62,028 bases of DNA from Candidatus Gottesmanbacteria bacterium (GCA_043801155.1 JAZDMI010000020.1:1-62028); one strand, 5' to 3'. Numbered from the stretch's first letter, positions 22,465-31,170 are shown. Program-made: numbers and translations. Notes: generated by a model from the letters alone, not told the origin.

Positions 22465-22490
22465 TATATGATATATCGATATATCATATA
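22465..22490. promoter_or_regulatory. second perfect 26-bp palindrome, 8 nt after the TrpR-like stop
   Basis: TATATGATATATCGATATATCATATA has the same 11-nt arms as 22042-22067; only the central 4 nt differ (TCGA vs TTAA). An extra half-site ATATGATATA lies at 22451-22460. Confidence 0.55.
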
Positions 22491-22570
22491 ATAATAATTC
22501 ACCTCAATTTACGAGAAACTAAACTATCTTCTAGAAGAATATTTTTTACTCAACTAAGTTGCATTTTAAG

Positions 22571-22599
22571 TTGATATTGCGCCTAATTTATCATATAAT
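22571..22599 (+). promoter_or_regulatory. near-consensus promoter directly in front of ORF 22606
   Basis: TTGATA, 17 bp, then TATAAT. The GTG of the ORF lies 7 nt after the -10. Confidence 0.4.
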
Positions 22600-22605
22600 C
22601 TCGGT

Positions 22606-22851
22606 GTGAAAACTATTGCTGAAAGACTACGTCAGGGAGCTCGAATAATTAGTGACCAAGAAGCAATCGATCAAACAAATAGAGGTATCCCTTTTGGTCG
22701 GTTCATGAATGCATTGTGTAAATATAGACAAGATCAATACTCGGCCCATAAAATATTGGTGGCTAAACAGGCTTTAATAAAATTTACCGGTTCTGGAAAA
22801 GAAGCCAACCTGGCTGAAAAACTTTGGAATAAAGCGATTCATCGCCAGTAA
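22606..22851 (+). CDS. hypothetical small protein (81 aa, GTG start)
   Basis: Open frame only. There is no SD and no recognisable motif. Confidence 0.3.
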   Translation: MKTIAERLRQGARIISDQEAIDQTNRGIPFGRFMNALCKYRQDQYSAHKILVAKQALIKFTGSGKEANLAEKLWNKAIHRQ

Positions 22852-22856
22852 AAATA

Positions 22857-23786
22857 CTATTTATTACCGCTGTGAAAGGTGTCATGGATGTCTTTTAATC
22901 GTTTGTTAGTTACATGGGTATAAATAACGGTGGTACTGATACTTGAATGACCTAACATCTCCTGAACGCTGCGGATGTCAGCTCCGGCAATAAGAAGATC
23001 GGTGGCAAAACTATGTCTTAGAGTGTGCGGTGTTGCCTGGATTGGTAAACGTGCTTTGATAACATATTTTTCCACCAAACGTTCCACTGATCTGGCAGTC
23101 AACCGTAAAGTTTCACCGTCTTTCCCGGGATCTAATGTTTTACCGCTGTAGCGGATAAACAATGGTTTGTAGAGGTCCTGGCGAGCTGCTAGATATTTTT
23201 TAATCCAGCCAGCCGACCCGGATGACAAATAAACAACTCTGGATTTTCTACCTTTTCCAATAACACCAAATTCACGACGGTCTAAATTTATTTGATCTTT
23301 ATTCAACGAAGTCAGTTCTGATACCCGTAAACCAGTTGAGAATAATGTTTCCAGTATGGCTTTATCACGAAGCCCTGGCGGTGTACTTATATTAGGCTGA
23401 TTAAGTAATCTTTCAATTTGCTCATTATCGAGAAATTTTATTTGCACTGATTGGTCTTTTTTTGGCAATTCAATTCTTTTTGGCGCTAAGCTCTTTATTT
23501 CTTGCCTTTCCAAATAGCCTAAAAAGGCTCGCAGAATTATTACATGATAAACTTGGGTTCTTTTTGATAAAGGTAAATTATGAACGATTAAGCGGGCTAA
23601 ATAAATCCGGTATTTTTGGACCATATCCAGTGATAAATCAGTAATGGTTATTTTAGGATAGTTAGTCTCAAGCCATCTCTGGAATCGGGCCAGATATAAG
23701 CGATAATTTCTTATTGTCAGTTCCGAACAGCTTCGTTCAATTTCTAAATATTCTAAATATTTATCTATAGCTTCAGTAAAATTCAT
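22857..23786 (-). CDS. xerC: tyrosine recombinase, XerC/XerD type
   Basis: N-terminal SAM-like domain, HTLRHSFATDLL, and the C-terminal catalytic block GHSSISTTVIYTHV. Length is 309 aa. Confidence 0.85.
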   Translation of the reverse strand: MNFTEAIDKYLEYLEIERSCSELTIRNYRLYLARFQRWLETNYPKITITDLSLDMVQKYRIYLARLIVHNLPLSKRTQVYHVIILRAFLGYLERQEIKSLAPKRIELPKKDQSVQIKFLDNEQIERLLNQPNISTPPGLRDKAILETLFSTGLRVSELTSLNKDQINLDRREFGVIGKGRKSRVVYLSSGSAGWIKKYLAARQDLYKPLFIRYSGKTLDPGKDGETLRLTARSVERLVEKYVIKARLPIQATPHTLRHSFATDLLIAGADIRSVQEMLGHSSISTTVIYTHVTNKRLKDIHDTFHSGNK

Positions 23787-24972
23787 ATTATATTATAAAT
23801 AGGGGAGTCTTCCAGGAATAGGCATATAAAGATCAGGTATTAGGCAATAGGGATTAGGCCTTATATAAACATGCATAATTATTTAATTTAAATTAATTAC
23901 ATTAAATAGTGCAAATATAATATTAACAGATTTGACCTCTTCTCCGGAACCAGCCTTGCCTGACGTCGTAAAAGCTTGGTTATACGACATCATAGATAAT
24001 TTATCCTCCGTTGTCAAGTATCAATAAATAACAAGTTTTTACCTGGGTTCCGTAAGAACACGATAAATGTTTATATTCCCGGGAAGAAGATGAAGGTCTT
24101 CTCCAAGACCACGATCATGATTAATGAAACATTCATAATCGTTCTTTACCGAATATAAGATAACATTAGTGTCTTATCCAATATACTTAGGTTTCTAGAA
24201 GCTTACACGACCTTGTGTATTTAGATTGTTAATATGCTCTAAATATATAATTTCGTGCGTAGATAAGTATGTCATTAATAAGGAAATATTCAATAGCTAG
24301 AGCATAATGGCAACTTAAACTTGTATAATTGTGGCCAATTATTATCGTTATACTGTAATTAATTATATATCCTGGTTATAGAGAGGTTTCGGTTTTTTTA
24401 TGGTCTAGTACTAAGAATGAATTTAGAGCATAACAATGCCATAAATTAATATTTTTGAGGCTAACGTAAAATATAATGACATATGGAAATTATACGAATA
24501 TAGAGCGTATTAGCGTGATAAGCAACTAGTTTCGAGGTCACAAATATAACGCCGATATAATTATCCCCAGCACCCGAAGCATGTAATTGCTGACTAAACT
24601 ATGTTTTTTAATATCAAGCTTATTTAGCTTGTCAGGACAAGATAAATTATCGTTTTTGTGGCTAATATATTTGGAAAATAATAATGGTATGAAGATGCAG
24701 AGCATAATAACGAGCTATATTAATATTTTTATGCGTAAATTTGGTGTTCATTTCATCGCAAGGTCAGAAGAGTGCGCTTGCGGTGAACGTAGAAACCGTG
24801 AAAACAATTCCCGAATCCCGTGAAAAGAGTAGTAAGAAGTTATTCCGCGTGAGTTATCCACAACGCGTCTAAATTACTATAGGTTAGTATATTCAAATGA
24901 CTTAACTATATCAAACTATATCTTGCCACTTCCCTCTTCCCCACCACCAAGTCCAATTTTTTTGATATGATC
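23787..24972. other. ORF-free AT-rich region with DnaA-box-like words and an iteron-like motif (candidate origin, or dif/terminus locus, or RNA gene)
   Basis: No credible ORF. A perfect TTATCCACA lies at 24854-24862, with several one-mismatch boxes. The AGAGCATAA-type word occurs five times. Confidence 0.3.
24233..24707. repeat. cluster of five AGAGC(A/G)TA(A/T) words
   Basis: Copies at 24233-24243 (minus), 24298-24307, 24422-24433, 24501-24510 and 24698-24707. Confidence 0.7.
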
Positions 24973-25788
24973 TTATCCCCATATTGTTGTTATTAATACC
25001 AGGATAAAAACGACAACCGATACTGAAATAAATTCAGTAACTGTTCTATGGAAAAGCCTTTCGACCAGATATTGCTGAATCATACCAACCAGGCTATAAA
25101 AAATAGTCGTTAGGAAAAGAGATTCGATGATTGTCTGAATCGGCCAGAATGAAAAGATTATGGCCAATTCGCCGCCGATAAGCGATATTATTAAACAATA
25201 AATGAACAATTGCCAAGAAATTTTTGGTTCTAGCTTCATTGCCCATAAACATTGAAGGCTTAATAAACTATAGATAATAAAAATTAAAATAAAATTTTCT
25301 GCAAAAGGAAGATGAAGTGAAAAAATAATATTTAAGAGTAAAAATAAAGTAAATAAAGTGAGAAATAGACCGACTGAATGAGCTGCTCTTAATAACTGAA
25401 TCGTTCTCTCAGCCGCCACATTATAGATATTTTCAATAAGGAGAATTGCATAAATTCCCACAGCAAAAATAATGTCTATTGGTAGTCTAGTCAACCAACG
25501 AACTGGTAACAAAAAATAAAATAACGGCATGGCAATAACGTACGTAATTGGTAAGATAAATAATGTTAGCCATTCAATACCATTAAGGTCTTCCCATAAA
25601 CCCCAAACAAAAAGCACGTATGTTAAAACAGCTAATCCAATAATAAGATGGTAGCGAAAATTCGGGCCTAGAACTTGAATTAATAAGAGACCGCCTGTTA
25701 AAACACCTACAATTAAACCAAATTTTTCTCTTTTGGTTAAAAATAATTTATGGCTTAGATGGGTATAAAATTTTTTAATCCTTTTTAT
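24973..25788 (-). CDS. polytopic membrane protein, unknown function
   Basis: Multi-TM profile. The start at MIKRIKKF avoids a long overlap with ruvC. Confidence 0.5.
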   Translation of the reverse strand: MKRIKKFYTHLSHKLFLTKREKFGLIVGVLTGGLLLIQVLGPNFRYHLIIGLAVLTYVLFVWGLWEDLNGIEWLTLFILPITYVIAMPLFYFLLPVRWLTRLPIDIIFAVGIYAILLIENIYNVAAERTIQLLRAAHSVGLFLTLFTLFLLLNIIFSLHLPFAENFILIFIIYSLLSLQCLWAMKLEPKISWQLFIYCLIISLIGGELAIIFSFWPIQTIIESLFLTTIFYSLVGMIQQYLVERLFHRTVTEFISVSVVVFILVLITTIWG

Positions 25789-26293
25789 CATGGATTGAAA
25801 AACAGATGGCCAGGGCAAGAGCATCAGCGGCATCATCTGGTCGAGGGAGTTTATAAAGCCCTAAGGTTCTTCTGACAAATTGTTGGATTTGATGTTTAGA
25901 AGCATGGCCGTCGCCTACCAACTTCTTTTTAACCCAAAGTCCCTGGTATTCACAGGTGGTGATTTTCTGCTCGGCGGCTGTTACCATTACTACTCCCCTT
26001 GCCTGACCAACAGTCATGGCTGTTTTGGCATTTCTTCCAAAAAATAATTGTTCAATTATGATTGTCTGTGGCTTATATAGGCGAATTATTTTTCGTAAAT
26101 TTTGCCGAAGCATTAATAGTCTCTCCCCCATTATCATACCTACTGGTGTTTTAATAGTTCCATGGGCTACATAAACTAATCCGTCATTTTTAACCTTTGT
26201 GTTTCGACAATTCATTTTTATCACACCAAAGCCGGTAGTGGCTGTTCCGGGATCAATACCGAGAATAGTTTGCATGTTTGTTTGAATTTTCAT
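25775..26293 (-). CDS. ruvC: Holliday junction resolvase RuvC
   Basis: ILGIDPGTATTGFGVI, and a C-terminal DAADALALAI. Confidence 0.9.
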   Translation of the reverse strand: MKIQTNMQTILGIDPGTATTGFGVIKMNCRNTKVKNDGLVYVAHGTIKTPVGMIMGERLLMLRQNLRKIIRLYKPQTIIIEQLFFGRNAKTAMTVGQARGVVMVTAAEQKITTCEYQGLWVKKKLVGDGHASKHQIQQFVRRTLGLYKLPRPDDAADALALAICFSIHDKKD

Positions 26294-27048
26294 TTTTGTG
26301 TAATATTCCTTAATATCTCATCCGGTATATCAAAATTAGCAAACACATGTTGAACATTGTCATTATCCTCTAATTTATCGATTAAGTTTAACACTTTTTG
26401 CGCTGTTTCTGGTGAGGTAATAGAAATTGTTGAAGTCGGTCGTAAAGTTAGCTCTGATTCAATGATCGCGATACCCTGTTTTTCAAGAGTTTCTCTTGTC
26501 TTATGAAGATCTTCATGTTTGGTATAAACAATTATTTCGTCTCCAGCTTCTTCTAAATCTTGTGCTCCTGCTTCGATAACCTTATCCATAATTTCATCGC
26601 TTGTTTTTCCATGTTTTGATATAGTAATTGTACCGATATTTTGAAAAAGATAAGCAGTTGCTCCGGGGCCGGCTAAAGTTCCACCAAAGCTTTCCAAAAT
26701 ATTTTTAATTTCTTGTACTGTTCTCTGGCGGTTATCGGTAGCTGTTTGAACTAAAAACGCAATTCCTCCCGGCCCGAAGCCTTCATAATTTATTTCCACC
26801 AATTCTCCGGCCTCTGATCCTTTAGCTCTTTCAATTGCCCGTTGGATATTTTCTTTGGGCATATTAGCTGACCGGGCTTTTTCTATAGCTAACCGAAGTT
26901 TAAAATTGATATTAGGATCACTAATTTCCCCTCCAGCACGAACAGCTAATGTAATTGCAAATCCAAGTTTAGTAAACGCTTGACCTCTTTTTTGATCGGC
27001 TACGCCTTTTTGGTGTTTAATCGTACTCCACTTCGAATGTCCTGACAT
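26290..27048 (-). CDS. yebC: YebC/PmpR-family protein
   Basis: MSGHSKWSTIKHQKG...KRGQAFTKL. Confidence 0.9.
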   Translation of the reverse strand: MSGHSKWSTIKHQKGVADQKRGQAFTKLGFAITLAVRAGGEISDPNINFKLRLAIEKARSANMPKENIQRAIERAKGSEAGELVEINYEGFGPGGIAFLVQTATDNRQRTVQEIKNILESFGGTLAGPGATAYLFQNIGTITISKHGKTSDEIMDKVIEAGAQDLEEAGDEIIVYTKHEDLHKTRETLEKQGIAIIESELTLRPTSTISITSPETAQKVLNLIDKLEDNDNVQHVFANFDIPDEILRNITQK

Positions 27049-27147
27049 ATTAGTGATTATAACATAAATATTACCCTTGATAATACAATTACGGCGAACT
27101 ACCTATTGACAATTTCAGGTAAAACTCATATAGTTTTTGCTAAATTT

Positions 27148-27888
27148 ATGTCGCCTGATTTGACTACCCAAGCTGTAAATGCTGCCCTGTCAAGTGATTG
27201 GCCGCAAGCAATAAAAATTAATCGTGATATTTTAAAAGACCATCAAGAAGATGTCGAAGCTCTTAATCGTCTTGCTCGGGCCTATAAAGAATCAGGAGAT
27301 TATAAACAAGCATTAAAAATCTACCGAAAAGTTTTATCACTGGACCGTTATAATCCGATCGCTCAAAAAAATCTTAGTCTTCTGGAAAAACTTCCCAAAA
27401 GCTATAAAAAAAAGATTTTAAATAATAGCATAACTATTAACTCATGCCATTGCCAACCTCACATGTTTCTCGAGGAACCAGGCAAAACAAAAATAGTTAA
27501 TCTCGTTAACCTAGCTCCTGCTTCAAATCTACTTCCTCTTAGCTGTGGCGATCAAGTCAACCTTTTAATTAAAAGACGCGCTGTAATTGCCACCAATGAC
27601 GGTACATATCTAGGAGCAATACCCGATGATATGTCAATTAAACTAATTAAAAGAATTACGGTCGGTAATCGGTACGAAGCCTTTATTAAAACTGTCGATC
27701 ATAATTCTTTAGCGATATTCATTAGAGAAATATATCGTGCTTCTCGATATAAAAATCAACCAACCTTTCCCGGAGCCGGCGGTGAATTTTATAGCGATAA
27801 TAAGGGTGATGGTTACTCAGGTGATGAGGATAATTTATCTGAGGATGGACAAGATCAGGTCTCGGATGATGATTCTCAGCTCGTATAA
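27148..27888 (+). CDS. TPR-repeat protein with an acidic tail
   Basis: ALNRLARAYKESGDYKQALKIYRKVLSLDRYNPIAQKNL is TPR-like. The ATG at 27148 is preferred over the TTG at 27106. Confidence 0.5.
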   Translation: MSPDLTTQAVNAALSSDWPQAIKINRDILKDHQEDVEALNRLARAYKESGDYKQALKIYRKVLSLDRYNPIAQKNLSLLEKLPKSYKKKILNNSITINSCHCQPHMFLEEPGKTKIVNLVNLAPASNLLPLSCGDQVNLLIKRRAVIATNDGTYLGAIPDDMSIKLIKRITVGNRYEAFIKTVDHNSLAIFIREIYRASRYKNQPTFPGAGGEFYSDNKGDGYSGDEDNLSEDGQDQVSDDDSQLV

Positions 27889-27896
27889 TGCTTATC

Positions 27897-28916
27897 CTAT
27901 CTAGTAAATAATTTTTTCCAATAATTATTGCCAATAACTAATTGTAAATCTACACGTAAATTGTCAATTGCCTTACCTTTTTGACAACCATATATTTGCA
28001 GTAATCTTTGGCTAGTATAGCTTACTAATATATTATCATTACCATTAATTGAACAATTATTCTGTTCTTCGGCATTATTACTAATACTAATAACTGTCCC
28101 ACCCATATTGGTAATTAATCGACTAATACGATTGGCCATCCCATTTTTACTGGAACTATTGACTACTTCAATCACTAATTTGTCGTCAATAATTTTTTTA
28201 TCTTTGAATAAGTCCTTTATAGTAATATCAATAAGATTGATATCACTATTTAAGCCTTGGCTGCCATCAATAAAATTAAAAGGTTTTAGAGATGACGATT
28301 CTCCTAAATTAATATAGTTAATTTTATCAAAACGAATATTCTTAATTGAATACCAAAGTCTGGTAATATCCAAGATATTTAAGTTCGTATCGATATTTTT
28401 ATATTGAGCAAGTAAATTTTTAAAATTGAAAAACATATTCCATGAGGTTAGTGAATTCTTTAAACTTATTACTTCCTGCTTAGTCATGCCAATGTTCCAG
28501 GTTTGATCACCACTAGAAGGCCCGATCCAGCCATCAATCGGGACTGCCAAATACTCTTGAATTGTATCAGCCAAAAGTGTTCCGCCTAATTTTTCCTGTT
28601 TTCCTAAAGACCAGACTGCTCCCACGCGATATGAACCAAAACCATGGATTGTTTCCAGATAAGTATTTTTAGGAATCGACAAAATTGTCATTTCGCCTTG
28701 AGGAGTTAAGGAAACGACCATTATTGGCTGTGTTGCCAGAACAATAGTAACCCGACTATCCTTTAGCAATTGGGAATTCTTTTTAGCTTTTAATAGCGAT
28801 ATCGAGCTAAATAAGATTAAAGTTAATAAAATAATTAATATAAATAATCGTACGAAGAAAACAAATTTACGGTGTCGCCGTTGTTTTTGTGGATGTCTCC
28901 ATGTGGGCAGATACAT
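27897..28916 (-). CDS. LytR-CpsA-Psr (LCP)-like envelope protein with a LytR_C-like C-terminus
   Basis: N-terminal TM anchor, an LCP-like core, and a C-terminal IEVVNSSSKNGMANRISRLI segment. Confidence 0.5.
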   Translation of the reverse strand: MYLPTWRHPQKQRRHRKFVFFVRLFILIILLTLILFSSISLLKAKKNSQLLKDSRVTIVLATQPIMVVSLTPQGEMTILSIPKNTYLETIHGFGSYRVGAVWSLGKQEKLGGTLLADTIQEYLAVPIDGWIGPSSGDQTWNIGMTKQEVISLKNSLTSWNMFFNFKNLLAQYKNIDTNLNILDITRLWYSIKNIRFDKINYINLGESSSLKPFNFIDGSQGLNSDINLIDITIKDLFKDKKIIDDKLVIEVVNSSSKNGMANRISRLITNMGGTVISISNNAEEQNNCSINGNDNILVSYTSQRLLQIYGCQKGKAIDNLRVDLQLVIGNNYWKKLFTR

Positions 28917-29124
28917 GTTCTATCACTCTTCCCTTTTATTACTCTTCTTTTTTCTTTTTGCTTATAATTTCCACCTTTGGTAAAACAAAAGGTTTCTGAA
29001 AAGAAAGAACTCGAGACTTTTTTTCCAGTTCTTCTTTCTTTCTTTTCCTTTTTTCTCCAGAATAAAAACCACCAAAGCTTCCCATATATCTATATTATAA
29101 CAAATCAAAATGGATTGATCTAGT

Positions 29125-29439
29125 CTAGAGAGGAATTGGCACGGTGGAAAGTTGAGTAACTTTATTAAAATCGTCGTCACCAGCAATACGGTTATAGCGT
29201 TCCAATCCACATTTATGACATTTATGGACTAAAACATACTCCCCTGTTCTTCTGGTAAAAACTCCAATTGGCTTCATCATTCCTTGGCAGAGTGATTTTC
29301 TGTCTCCTGGTTCTTCGCCATCTACGTGCTTACTCCACAAACAATTTGGACAATGGTTACGATAAGAACCACCATACTTGATCGGCTTAACTTTTTTTCT
29401 ACAATTATCACATTTAAAAGGATCATTCCGAGCAATCAT
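29125..29439 (-). CDS. RNHCP domain protein
   Basis: The literal YRNHCPNCLWSKHV motif plus further CxxC pairs. Confidence 0.7.
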   Translation of the reverse strand: MIARNDPFKCDNCRKKVKPIKYGGSYRNHCPNCLWSKHVDGEEPGDRKSLCQGMMKPIGVFTRRTGEYVLVHKCHKCGLERYNRIAGDDDFNKVTQLSTVPIPL

Positions 29440-29448
29440 ATTAATATA

Positions 29449-31170
29449 TTACATTCCGTGTTCAATCTTGAGTCTTTTTATTTTACCGTCAATCTCTTCA
29501 GAATATAATCCATATTCATGTAGTATTTTATTGACAATTGATAAGGCGGCTTCAAATTCCGGTTGAATTATCGTGTCTACTTGTAGTGCCTTGAGCTTAG
29601 CATGGTCTTCCTCGTGATGTGAACGACAAATAATTTTTATTCCCGGCCGAAGGCTTTGGGCATTGGTAATAACCATTTCCTGTGTTTGCCTATCCGGAAT
29701 GGCAATGATAATTGCCCTGGCTTTATCTACTTGAGCATAATCGAGAACATCAATTTCGGCTGGATCTCCATAAACAACATTTAATCCCTTATCCTGTAAT
29801 TGTTTAATTATTTGATGATTATAATCAACAACGACAAAATTTATTTTAGCCATTTCCAGAGCCCGACCAATATACTTACCCACTCTACCAAAACCACAAA
29901 TGACCACATGATTTTCAAAAGGTAATTCTTCTTTAATTGGTTGTTTATCGAATTTATTAAAAAACTTAGCCAGAGTCTGCCAATTTAAACTGGCAGATTT
30001 TAATTTACGGTAAGCAATGGGGGCAATACTAATCATCCATGGGGAAACGACTAAGGTAAAGAGTGTTACGGAAATTATAATTAAATTTACGTCCGTGGAA
30101 ATTATTCCTTTTGATAGTCCCATTTGGGCTAAAACAAAGGCAAATTCTCCTACAGACGTTATAGAAAAACCGGTTAAAAATGCTGTTTTTGTATGGTAGC
30201 CTAAATATAGAATTAAGACAAAAACAATAAAAAACTTTAATAATATAATTAATAATGATATCAAAATTATAGTTATACTATGATTCAGTAAAAAAAGAGG
30301 ATTAACTAAAAAACCAAGCGTAACAAAGAAAATCACCGCAAAAATATCACGAAGCGGCCTCATTTCTGCAAATACCGATGCTGATATACCTACCTCGGAA
30401 ATTAAAAAACCAGCTAAAAAAGCACCCATGGCAAAGGAAAAACCTAATGATGCCATAGTGAATGACATAATCAAACAAAAGGCTACCACCCATAAAAGCA
30501 ACAGTTCTCGAGAATGTGTTTTCAGAATTTTATCGGTGACGATCGGTACTAAGCGTTTACCTAAAAAGAAGATTATAACAAGTAGAATTATAGCTTTAAC
30601 AACTGCCTGAATAAAGGTTGTTAATGATAACAATATTTTTGTACTAATAAAATCAGTCGAGAGAACCGGCAAAATAATAATCATTGGTAACACAGCCAAA
30701 TCCTGAAGCAATAACCAACCCAAAGATATTTCTCCGGATAATGTTTCTAGTTCTCCCCGATCAGAAAGAATTTTTACCACTACTGCCGTTGAGGAAAGAG
30801 ACAAACAGCATCCTAAAAATAAAGATGTATAAAAATCAAATCCAAATCTAGGAAAAATAAGACAACAAAATATTATGATAAATAAAATTTGTGAAATTGT
30901 AGCTAATACTATATTTCTACTTATATGCTTAAATTTTGACCAGGAAAATTCCAGCCCTAAAGTAAACATTAAAAAAACTACTCCAATCTCTGCCAAACTG
31001 ACCAAATTTTCACTTGGTTGAAAAAACCGCGATACAATAGCGCCAACAATAACTCCTCCGAGGATATAACCAGTTAACAGAGGTTGCCGAAGTTTCTTAG
31101 CTATAAAACCGCCCAAAAAAGCAGTTCCTAATACCAATATTAAATCACGGGTAAAACTAAAATTATCCAT
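29449..31170 (-). CDS. CPA2-family cation:proton antiporter with a C-terminal RCK/TrkA-N domain
   Basis: Kef-type membrane domain, then VVICGFGRVGKYIGRAL (a Rossmann GxGxxG). Confidence 0.8.
   Translation of the reverse strand: MDNFSFTRDLILVLGTAFLGGFIAKKLRQPLLTGYILGGVIVGAIVSRFFQPSENLVSLAEIGVVFLMFTLGLEFSWSKFKHISRNIVLATISQILFIIIFCCLIFPRFGFDFYTSLFLGCCLSLSSTAVVVKILSDRGELETLSGEISLGWLLLQDLAVLPMIIILPVLSTDFISTKILLSLTTFIQAVVKAIILLVIIFFLGKRLVPIVTDKILKTHSRELLLLWVVAFCLIMSFTMASLGFSFAMGAFLAGFLISEVGISASVFAEMRPLRDIFAVIFFVTLGFLVNPLFLLNHSITIILISLLIILLKFFIVFVLILYLGYHTKTAFLTGFSITSVGEFAFVLAQMGLSKGIISTDVNLIIISVTLFTLVVSPWMISIAPIAYRKLKSASLNWQTLAKFFNKFDKQPIKEELPFENHVVICGFGRVGKYIGRALEMAKINFVVVDYNHQIIKQLQDKGLNVVYGDPAEIDVLDYAQVDKARAIIIAIPDRQTQEMVITNAQSLRPGIKIICRSHHEEDHAKLKALQVDTIIQPEFEAALSIVNKILHEYGLYSEEIDGKIKRLKIEHGM

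Noticed and set aside
24233-24707. CRISPR array.
   Set aside because: The repeats are only about 10 nt, irregularly spaced and on both strands. No cas genes are present anywhere in the window.
24587-24823. 78-aa ORF inside the 1.2-kb gap, plus a 22-codon mini-ORF at 24090-24158 (MKVFSKTTIMINETFIIVLYRI).
   Set aside because: Neither has a convincing SD or any motif. The 78-aa frame runs through the repeated AGAGCATAA word region. I kept the region as non-coding.
23787-24972. Possibility that the gap encodes tmRNA, RNase P RNA, SRP RNA or a group I/II intron.
   Set aside because: I could not find the hallmark strings by eye: GAGGAAAGTCC for RNase P, a tRNA-like GGTTCGAATCC...CCA end plus a tag ORF for tmRNA, or a GGAA/GNRA SRP tetraloop helix. 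A novel structured RNA is not excluded, but I have no positive evidence.
22857-24972. Integrated mobile element or prophage boundary next to the tyrosine recombinase.
   Set aside because: The recombinase has Xer-like length and motifs. No tRNA target, flanking att-like direct repeats, phage genes or transposase were seen. I treat it as a chromosomal Xer with an unusual neighbouring gap.
28962-29210. 82-aa minus-strand ORF.
   Set aside because: It overlaps the 3-prime end of the RNHCP gene and otherwise translates the polypurine tract (KKGKERKKNWKK). It is a low-complexity artefact.
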